NCBI GenBank assembly: GCA_038087875.1
Contig: CM075994.1
Span: 3,846,001 to 3,910,000, forward strand
Reading direction: 5' to 3'
Length of the DNA: 64,000 nucleotides
Origin: Malacoraja senta
Lineage: Eukaryota
The position numbers and the translations under genes were made by a program. The notes below the pieces were generated by a model. That model was not told the origin of the DNA. It was given only the letters and a program-made list of their open reading frames with translations, and ran no database searches. Shown here piece by piece: positions 1-64,000 of this stretch; position 1 is the stretch's first letter, and every line of letters begins with the position of its first letter.

Positions 1-192
1 TCATCATCTCTCATAAACCAGTCAGAGTTTACTGATGCGATTAATGTCTTCATTAGTACAGTTGCTAGAGTTAATGGAGAGCAGACAGTAGAATGGGGTT
101 AGGGGTGAGACATAGATTCGCCATGATTGAATGGCGGAGTAGACTTGCTGAGCCCAATGGCCTAATTTTACTCATTTGACTTGTGGCCTTAT

Positions 193-862
193 GTCGTTGG
201 CAGCTCCGCCAACAGTCTGTCTGTTTTTTTCGTTTTTTTTTAATTTTTAGTGAGTGTTAAAAGTCTGTGTGAATGTTCTCTAGTTTGTTTTATGTGGGGG
301 GAGGGGGTGAGGGTCGGGGACAACTTGTTTTCAGTTTCATACCTTGCCGGAGAAGCGACTATTTTCCGGATCGCATCTTCGGTCGCTCTGTGGCCTATCA
401 TCGGTGGAGCTGGCGGACTCCTCGACTGGCTTTGTGACCCGCCGCGGGGCTTGGGCTTAACATCGGAGCCGATCCCTTCGGAGCCGGAGGGATCGCTCGA
501 ACCGCGGCCCGTGGATTTAGCATCAAGGACTCGCGGTCTCGGGATAGGCTAGACGGGATCTCCAAAGACACAGAGACTCGACCAGCCCCGATGCGAGGTC
601 CGATCGCAGGCGCGAGGGAGCTGACATCACCCCGATGCAGGAGCTGATCTTTCCGATGCGGAGGTCCCGGCAGCCGGCTGCGGGAGTCAAGATCGTCCCC
701 TCAACGTAAGGCTCGAGGCCCCTGTCCACGGGAGAGCAAAGAAGAGAAGACATTTGAACTTGTTATCGCCTTCCAATACAGCGAGGAACGTGGAGGAGTC
801 ACTGTGGTGGATGTTTATGTTAAAATGTATTTTGTGCGTTCCGTTTGTATTATTTGTATGAC
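193..862. repeat. GC-rich unclassified interspersed repeat
   Basis: Absent from paralog copy B; similar layout (GC-rich body next to a T-rich leader) to 29590-30480 in the opposite orientation. Confidence 0.5.
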
Positions 863-864
863 AA

Positions 865-1500
865 TAGACAATAGGTGCAGGAGTAGGACATTTGGCCCTT
901 CGAACCAGCACCGCCATTGAATGTGATCATGGCTGATCATCGCCAATCAGTACCCCGTTCCTGCCTTCTCCCCATATCTCCTGACTCTGCTATTTTTAAG
1001 AGCCCAATCTAGCTCTCTCTTGAAAGCATCCTGAGAACCTGCGTCCACCGCCCTCTGAGGCTTAGAATTCCACAGACTCACCATTCTCTGTAAGAAAAGG
1101 TGTTTCCTCGTCTCCGTTCTAAATGGCTTATTCCTTATCCTTAAACTGTGGCCCCTGGTTCTGGACTCCCCTAACTTCGGGAACCTGTTTCCTGCCTCTA
1201 GCGTGTCCAGCCCTTAACAATCTTATATTTTTCAATTAGATCCCTTCTCGTCCTTCTAAACTCCAGAGTGTACAAGCCCAGCTGCTCAATACTCTCAGCA
1301 TATGACAGTCCCGCCATCCCGGGAATTAACCTTGTAACCTACGCTGCACTCCCTCAATAGCAAGAATGTCCTTCCTCAAATTAGGGGACCAAGACTGCAC
1401 ACTATTAGGGCTCTGTACAACTGCAGAAGAACCTCTTTGCACCTATATTCGATTACTCTTGTTATAAAGGCCAACATGCTATTCGCTTTCTTCACTGCCT
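865..1500 (-). mobile_element. CR1-type LINE 3' end (host of a nested insertion; continues at 3999-4470)
   Basis: CR1 3' UTR and ORF2 C-terminal sequence; interrupted at ttcactgcct, resumes at tgcctactgtacctgc. Confidence 0.85.
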
Positions 1501-3998
1501 ATAATCATATAACCATATAACCATAACAGCACGGAAACAGGCCATCTCGGCCCTTCAAGTCCGTGCCGAACATTAAATTATTTTTTTTTTTTAATTAAAA
1601 ATAAATACTTCCTCCTAGTCCCATCTACCTGCACTCAGACCATAACCCTCCATCCCTTTCCCGTCCATATACCCATCCAATCTATTTTTAAAGGATAACA
1701 TCGAACCTGCCTCCACCACTTCCACTGGAAGCTCATTCCACACAGCTACCACTCTCTGAGTAAAGAAGTTCACCCTAATGTTACCCTAAACTTCTGTCCC
1801 TTAATTCTCAAGTCATGTCCCCTTGTTTGAATCTTCCCTACTCTCAATGGGAAAAGCTTATCCACGTCCACTCTGTCTAACCCGCTCATTATTTTAAAGA
1901 CCTCTATCAAGTCCCCTCTTAACCTTCTGCGCTCCAAAGAATAAAGACCTAACTTGTTCAACCTTTCTCTGTAACTTAGTTGCTGAAACCCAGGCAACAT
2001 TCTAGTAAATCTCCTCTGTACTCTCTCTATTTTGTTGACATCCTTCCTATAATTAGGCGACCAAAATTGTACTCCATACTCCAGAATTGGCCTCACTAAT
2101 GCCTTGTACAATTTTAACATTACATCCCAACTTCTATATTCAATACTCTGATTTATAAAGGCCAGCACACCAGAAGCTTTCTTTACCACCCTATCTACAT
2201 GAGATTCCACCTTCAGGGAACTATGCACAGTTATTCCTAGATCCCTCTGTTCAACTGCATTCCTCAATTCGCTACCATTTACCGTGTACGTCCTATTTTG
2301 ATTTGTCCTGCCGAGATGTAGCACCTCACATTTGTCAGCATTAAACTCCATCTGCCATCTTTCAGCCCACTTTTCCAAATGGCCTAAATCTCTCTGTAGA
2401 CTTTGAAAATCTACTTCATTATCCACAACAACACCTATCTTAGTATCATCTGCATACTTACTAATCCAATTTTCCACACCATCATCCAGATCATTGATGT
2501 ACATGACAAACAACAGTGGACCCAACACAGACCCCTGAGGCACCCCACTAGTCACCGGCCTCCAACCTGACAAACAGCCATCCACCATTACTCTCTGGCA
2601 TCTCCCATTCAGCCACTGTTGAACCCATCTTGCTACTCCACCATTAATACCCAACAGTTGAATCTTCTTAACCAACCTTCCATGGGGAACCTTGTCAAAG
2701 GCCTTACTGAAGTCCATATAGACAACATCCACTGCTTTACCCTCATCAATTTCCCTAGTAACCTCTTCGAAAAATTCAAGAAGATTAGTCAAGCATGACC
2801 TTCCAGGCACAAATCCATGTTGACTGTTCCTAATCACACCCTGCTTATCCAGATGCTTATATATATTATCTTTAAGTATCCTTTCCATTAATTTGCCCAC
2901 CACTGAAGTCAAACTAACAGGTCTATAATTGCTAGGTTTACTCTTCGAACCCTTTTTAAACAACGGAACAACATGCGCAGTACGCCAATCCTCTAGCACT
3001 ATTCCCGTTTCTAATGACATTTGAAATATTTCTGTCATAGCCCCTGCTATTTCTACACTAACTTCCCACAATGTCCTAGGGAATATCCTGTCAGGACCTG
3101 GAGACTTATCCGTTTTCATATTTTTCAAAAGTGTCCGCAACTCCTCTTCTTTGAATCTCACAGTTTCCATTGCTACTCTGCTTGTTTCCCTTACCTCACA
3201 TAATTCCATATCCTTCTCCTTCGTGAATACCGAAGAAACGAAATTGTGCAATATCTCCCCCATATCTTTTGGCTCTGCAGATAGCTGTCCACTCTGACTC
3301 TCTAATGTACCAATTTTATTCCTTGTTATCCTTTTGCTATTAATATAGCTGTAGAAACCTTTGGATTTACTTTCACCTTACTTGCCAAAGCAACCTCATA
3401 TCTTCTTTTAGCTTTTCTAATTTCTTTCTTAATATTCTTTTTACATTCTTTATACTCCTCAAGCACCTCATTTACTCCATGCTGCCTATAATTATTGTAG
3501 ATCTCTCTCTTTTTCCGAACCAAGTGTCCAATTTCCTTTGAAAACCATGGCTCTTTCCATTTTTTAATATTTCCTTTCAACCGAACAGGGACATAAAGAT
3601 TCTGTACTCTTAAAATGTCACCCTTAAATGTCGTCCATTTTTCTTCTACATCCTTCCCATAAAACAACATGTCCCAATTCACTCCTTTTAAATCCTTTCG
3701 TATCTCCTCAAAGTTAGCCTTTCTCCAAACAAAAATCTCAACCCTAAGTCCAGTTCTGACCCTCTCCATAATTATATTGAAACTAATGGTATTGTGATCA
3801 CTGGACCCGAAGTGCTCCCCGACGCATACCTCCGCCACCTGCCCTGTCTCATTTCCTAACAGGAGGTCCAGCACTGCCCCTTCTCTAGTAGGTACCTCTA
3901 TGTATTGCTGCAAAAAACTATCTTGCACACATTTTACAAACTCCAAACCATCCAGCCCTTTTACAGAATGTGTTTCCCAGTCTATGTGTGGATAATTG
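1501..3998 (-). mobile_element. 5'-truncated CR1 LINE with frameshifted ORF2 (endonuclease tail plus reverse transcriptase)
   Basis: ORFs 3326-3946 (LDLLL...SSDHNTISF) and 1770-3263 ([36 protein letters not shown]); short-repeat tail at ~1501-1525. Confidence 0.95.
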
Positions 3999-4470
3999 TG
4001 CCTACTGTACCTGCATTCTTACTTTCATAGACTGATGTAAAAGGACCCCCAGATCCCGTTGTACTTCCCCTTTTCCCAACTTGACGCCATTTAGATAGTA
4101 ATCTGCCTTCCTGTTTTTGCTATCCAAGTGGATAACCTCACATTTATCCGCATTAAACTTCATCTGCCATGCGTCTGCCCACTCCCCCAACCTGTGCAAG
4201 TCACCCTGTATTCTCATAGCATCCTCCTCACAGTTCACACTGCCACCTAGCTTTGTGTCATCTGCAAATTTGCTAATGTTACTTTGAATCCCTGCATCCA
4301 AATCATTGATGTATATTGTAAATAGCTGCGGTCCCAGCACCGAGCCTTGCGGTACCCCACTAGTCATTGCCTGCCATTCTGAAAGGTACCCGTTAATCCC
4401 AACTCTTTCTTTCCGGTTTGCCAACCACTTCCCTATCCATGTCAGCACTCTACCCCCAATACCATGTGCC
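3999..4470 (-). mobile_element. CR1 LINE RT fragment
   Basis: ORF 4002-4490: [19 protein letters not shown]. Confidence 0.9.
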
Positions 4471-5640
4471 CTTCGAGCCTGCACCGCCATTCAATATGAT
4501 CATGGCTGATCATCCAACTCGGTATCCCGTACCTGCCTTCTCTCCATACCCCTGATCACCTTAGCCACAAGGGCCACATCTAACTCCCTCTTAAATATAG
4601 CCAATGAACTGGCCTCAACTGCCTTCTGTGGCAGAGAATTCCAGAGATTCACCACACTCTGTGTGAATATGTGTTTCTCATCTCGGTCCTAAAAGACCAC
4701 CTCTTATCCTTAAGTTGTGACCCCTTGTTCTGGACTTCCCCAACATTGGTAACAATCTTCCTGCATCTGGCCTGTCCAACCCCTTAAGAATGTTATAAGT
4801 TTCTAAAAGAACCGCCCTCAATCTTCTAAATTCTAGCGAGTACAAGTCGAGTCTAACCTGTCTTTCTTCATATGAAAGTCCTGACATCCCAGGCATCAGT
4901 CTGGTGAACATTCTCTGTACTCCCTCTATGGCAAGAATGTCTTTTCACAGATTAGGAGACCACAATTGTACGTAATACTCCAGGTGTGGTCTCACAAAGA
5001 CCCTGTTCAACTGCAGTAGAACCTCCCTGCTCCTATACTCAAATCCTTTTGCTATGAATGTTAACATACCATTCGCTTTCTTCACTGCCTGCTGCACCTG
5101 CATGCCTACTTTCAATGACTTGTGTACCATGGCACCCAGGTATCGTTGCATCTCCCCTTTTCCTAATCGGCCACCAAACGGGGCCTTATCAAATGCATTC
5201 GGAAAGTCCAGGTACACTAAACCCACTGGCTCTCCCTTGTCCATTTTCCAAGTTAAATCTTCAAATAATTCCAGAAAATTAGTCAAGCATGATTTCCCCT
5301 TCGTAAATCAATGCTGGCTCGGAACGATCCTGTTACTACTATCCAAATATGCGGCTATCTCATCTTTTATTATTGACTCCAGCATCTTCCCCACCACCGA
5401 TGTCAGGCTAACTGGTCTATAACTCCCCGTTTTCTCTCTCCCGCCTTTCTTAAAAAGTGGGATAACATTAGCTACCCTCCAATCCACAGGAACTGACCCC
5501 GAGTCTATAGAACATTGAAAAATTATCACCAATGCATCCACGATTTCTAGAGCCACTTCCTTAAGTACCCTGGGATGCAGACCATCGCGCCCTGTGGATT
5601 TATCAGCCTTCAGTCCCATCAGTCTACCCAACACCATTTC
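4470..5640 (-). mobile_element. CR1 LINE fragment with internal deletion
   Basis: ORFs 5308-5775, 4945-5286 and 4678-4911 carry RT-region motifs; jump from AFDKAP to GRLGKG shows a deletion. Confidence 0.9.
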
Positions 5641-6628
5641 TGAAATTATGAAACAAATGAAATTACTCGTATGTTGCAAAACATACTTGGCTAATAAAGA
5701 TGTATTGTGATTGTGAAGAGGATGGAGGAGGGCGGGCGGGGGGGGTTCGTTTGGTGTTTGGGACTTGACGACCAAATGGACTTCAAGTTATTCAACAAGG
5801 GCCGCATGGTAGTCTAATAGGGAAGGTAAGATCTCGGGGGATCCGGTGCGATCACGTGAATTGGACAACGCATTTGGTCAATGGAACGAAGCGGTGATGG
5901 TTGAAGGGTAATGTATAGACTGGAGGTTTGTGGCTAGTGTTGTGCTACACGGATCGCTGCTGTATCAATTGTTATTCGTCATTTATTTCGGCGGCTTGGA
6001 TGATAATTTATTAGGCATGGATATTTAGTGTGCAGATGATGCTCAAGAAGGAATTGTAGAGTGTGAAGGCAATCGGTAAATAAAACTGCAAGCCATCTTG
6101 GTCAGCGACGTAAGTGAGGCGATGAATGACAAGTATTGTTGAATTCAGATGGTATGAGGTGTTGACACGGGGAACTGTACATGCTGGCATCTTGCCTAGA
6201 AAGAAATCCACCAGAATCGTCACCTATCCATGTCCTTCACATTTGCCGCTTGACCCGCTGAGTTACTCCAGTACTTTGTGTTCTACGCGAGATTGAGTTG
6301 ATGTATTGTTGGAAGTCAAACCCAGGTTAAGGTGTTCACAATGAACGACAGTGCCCCACGTAGAACAACGGGTCCAATGTATGCAAATACACAGCTCCCT
6401 TGACATGGCGTAACAGATGGACGGGTTCTGAAGAAGGCTTTTGGCGCGCTAGCCTTCATCAGATTGGGCGATGAATACGGGAGTTGGGACGTTATGTTGC
6501 AGCTTTAGAAGATGTTGGTCAGGCGCATCTAAACAATTATTTAATTAGTGAGCATGTTATAAAAACATAGAATCTGCACTTCCTTTCTGTTGTTGAAACC
6601 AACTTACCTTCTCCATTTGACCTTACAG

Positions 6629-60622
<53,994 letters not shown>

Positions 60623-60854
60623 CATACCTAATCGTTCACTGCTTTCTGAGGCTTTGCTAGATAGCTCTCGTTTTCCACCTTCTTGGGACGAAAACCGTGA
60701 CTGCAGCCGAGGGACGAAAACCGTGACAGCATCCGTGACTTTACCATTGACGTTTCTACCTTCATGTGTCCCTTGCTTTCCCTCTCTCTCCATCCCTCTC
60801 CCTTCCCAGATCTCCGACCACTTACTGTCTCCGACTACATTTTACCAAGCACAA

Positions 60855-61540
60855 CGCAATCTGGGGGGGGTCCTAGTTCATCAGTCAATGAAAGTAAGCT
60901 TGCAGGTACAGCTGGCAGTGAAGAAAGCGAATGGCATGTTGCCCTTTATAACAAGAGGAGTTGAGGATAGGAGCAAAGAGGTCCTTCTGTAGTTCTATGG
61001 GGCTACCTGGGGTATTGTGTCGAGATTTGGTCCCCTAATTTGAGGAAGGACAGCGTAGGTTTACAAGGTTAATTCCCGGGATGGCGGGACTCTCATATGC
61101 TGAGAGAATGAAGCGGCTGGTTTTGTACATGCTGGAGTTTAGAAGGATAAGAGGGGATCTTATTGAAACATATATGATTATTACGGGTTTGGACACGCTA
61201 GAGGCAGGAAACATGTTCCCGATGTTGGCGGAGTCCATAACCAGGGGGGCACAGTTTAAGAATAAGGGGTAAGCCATTTAGAACGGAGGCGAGGAATACT
61301 TCTACACACAGAGAGTTGAGAGCCTGTGGGATTCTTTGCCTCAGAGGGCGGTGGAGGCCGGTTCACTGGATACTTTCAAGAGAGAACTAGATAGGGCTCT
61401 TAAAGATAGCAGAATCGGGGGATATGGGCAGAAGGCAGGATCAGCCATGATCACATTGAATGGCGGTGCTAGCTCGAAGGGCCGAATGGCCTACACCTGC
61501 ACCTATTTTATATCGTCTATTTTCTATTGCCTATTGTCTA
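60855..61540 (+). mobile_element. CR1 LINE 3' fragment
   Basis: ORFs 60600-60992 (C-terminal part), 61081 and 61336 carry CR1 ORF2 C-terminal peptides. Confidence 0.85.
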
Positions 61541-62012
61541 TATCCCTGTTTGTTTTGCTGTTACATTATTCCAGCTAACAATGTGCCGTTGTCACACTGC
61601 ACACTTTCATATCTATGAATCTCCCTCTCTCCTGACATAATTCTGAAGAAGGTTATCGACCCGAAATTCGCACTCATTCCTTCTCCAAAGAGATGCTGCA
61701 TATTACGATGAGTTAGTTACTCTAGCATTATGTGTCTATATTCGGAGTAAACCAGCAGTTTCTTCCAAAAGACTGCATCCGGGTCGGTCAAGAGTGGCCA
61801 GAGTAACAAAATGGACGATCAGTCTAAACTGTAGCCTGGCTCGGTAAGATTGATTCAAAGGAGAAGGAAACCAAATGCAGAAATACAACACAAATGCTCC
61901 AATTTCACATTGTTCATGTTCTGCCAAGTCGTTTCAAAGGATTTTATTTTCAAAAATTTAATCAAAACTTAGCCATTACCTGCTGCCTAATTTTACTTAT
62001 TTTTAATTGCAG

Positions 62013-62023
62013 GTCGCTTGTAA
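62013..62023 (+). CDS. Alternative candidate terminal exon: (G/S)RL-stop
   Basis: cctaattttacttatttttaattgcag|GT CGC TTG TAA; branch-point-like CTAAT; ATTAAA at 62174-62179. Confidence 0.45.
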
Positions 62024-64000
62024 TCCTATGGTCCTTTACGCTACAGCAGTATCGGAGCTCTAGAGAAAACAGTATTTTTACTGCAACTGGATTTATTTGC
62101 TTTATTTTAAATATGCTCGTAACACTCTTTTATTATATACATTTTGTCATTACAGTATGTACCGCTTTCTATTATTAAAACAAGCTGTAAAGCTGTTCAT
62201 CTGTTCATCTTTTTGCAAGTGTTTTTGAACGACACACAGAACCGTGTTTTAGAAAACGCTTTACGAAGAAACATGCTCTATGTGTTAAGTGGAAGGTGAA
62301 ATTGTCACTGGTCAATGAAACAATGATGTTTTTGTCAGAAAAAGGTTAGATGCCTAAAATAAGAAGTTGATTATTCTTAATGAAAACAACGAATCTTCCA
62401 GCTAGACAGCGTGGCATAACTATTGAATTTTAGGCTGGCTATGCCATTAAAGTTTCATCACCTTGTACTTTCTTATTTGAACCAGAATGTGACCATAAAA
62501 ATCTGGATATTTGTGAAACGTGCATTACACATATTGTTCGGCTGAATAGAGATGTATTTGCCTTGGAAATGATAGGCACGTTCGAAGTGTGCCCAACGCG
62601 GCTTTATAGCGGTATCACCGAATTGTTCCCCTTTCCTATATTATGCATGAGATCATGATAACAAAAAACCCTTTTTGGTTAAGGAAGACAAAAATGGGAA
62701 AACATTTCTTCGAAATTACTCAATAATTCCAGGATGAAGCGGCGGGCTGGGAATGTGAAGAGTGTGGAGTGGGAGATTGAGTTCACTTTATCATAAGATG
62801 ACGAACTCTCACCTACTCTGAAGAGGGATCAACGTTTTTGAAATGCACACTGCATTTCTCTCTACGTGAATGCCTCCTCACGTGTCTATTGTATTTTCAG
62901 TGTTCCTCCACATGTTCAGCAATGCCATTCCATACCAGAGTTTTTGATAGCGTGTATCTATAGTTTAGGACTAGAAAAGTTCTGTGCATCTTAAATTATT
63001 TTTGAATTCCTTCAAAGTAATTTAAATCAGTTAAATTCAGAAAATTAACTCTACTTCAGGTGGACCTTTTAGATTAACTTTCCTCAAATGACGAAACACG
63101 GCTTTCGATCATACGAATCATTAACCACAAATGAGTCAAATTTGACATAATTTCGAGGTAGACAACTGAACAAACCGCCATCAAATCCGCCTCGTTACTT
63201 TATGGAAATTTAGCCGCAGCTGGAATATGGTCAAACAATGGAAGCAAAATGTCACCATTCCCTTCTATGGTTACAGGAAGCCACCTAAACTACATAATTG
63301 ATTGTGGACCATTTATAAAGATGTTTGATTAATTCCTGAGTGGAGGCTGGGAGCACATTATATAAAATGTTAGTTAACATATACGATTATCTGTTTAGCT
63401 ACAACATAAATAAACCTTCAATTTATGCCAAGTCGTTATATCCTTCTCCAATAATATAATTGTTTTCATGACGTAAGATCCATGCAGCCGCTTAGCGATG
63501 CAATTGCATGGTTTAATGCTACTGTATTCATTTACTTCGTTATATGTATGTGTGTTTACTTAATGATACTATTAATATTTCACTTCATATGTTATTCGTT
63601 TGGTTTGGATATTAATAAAAATCATAACACGAATTGCATGCCTTTTACTAATTGACTAGAAGACACCCAATGGAATCATTTCAGTGACATTAGTGGAATG
63701 TGAAGAATTATAGCAGTGGCAGATACAGATACGTACACTCTATTTCCCAGCGGAATGGAGGCCTGGGATTTGCTTTGGCTAGTCGAATATCCGCCGTTTT
63801 ACCTTACTTGTTACATATGTCGGGCAGATATATTCCAGTGGTTACAATTTCATCGAAGATAGCTGAAACTGCCCCGAGGCGATGTTCAGCTTAAGATGTT
63901 GAGTTTGTATACGATATCGCTATCCACGGAAATGCGTAAACTCTTCGCCAATCCCTGACGAATTTCGAAGTGTATACACTTCACAGCATTAAAATTATAC

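Noticed and set aside
1770..3946. Active autonomous LINE
   Set aside because: 5'-truncated, ORF2 split by a frameshift, no ORF1.

Overview
Repeat-rich vertebrate genomic DNA, most likely from a cartilaginous fish such as a skate or ray (inferred from the CR1, Penelope and SINE repeat content; not verified). Nearly all entries in the ORF track are retroelement fragments or microsatellite artefacts. The main structure is invisible to that track: the whole window looks like the 3' part of one + strand gene built from about 24 symmetric phase-1 micro-exons (14 x 27 nt, 9 x 36 nt, 1 x 24 nt, plus a tentative 15-nt exon and candidate terminal exons at 60600 and 62013). Joined in order they give an uninterrupted ~250-aa Glu/Lys/Leu-rich, coiled-coil-like peptide. 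This architecture resembles the heptad micro-exon tails of butyrophilin, chicken BG and MOG genes, but with 9- and 12-residue units. The array grew by internal duplication (1-~17.2 kb is paralogous to ~28.6-41.1 kb, with an older third copy at ~45-57 kb), and duplicated exons differ mainly by synonymous or conservative changes. One intron holds a 3.6-kb element with Harbinger-like terminal inverted repeats that encloses a disabled TLR7-like fragment (post-Z-loop LRRs to transmembrane helix). Other introns hold two Helitrons with intact termini, a THAP-bearing ISL2EU-like element, a foldback/MULE-like element, Harbinger-like MITEs, nested CR1 LINEs, Penelope GIY-YIG fragments, and Penelope-type minimal hammerhead motifs, several arranged as palindromic dimers.
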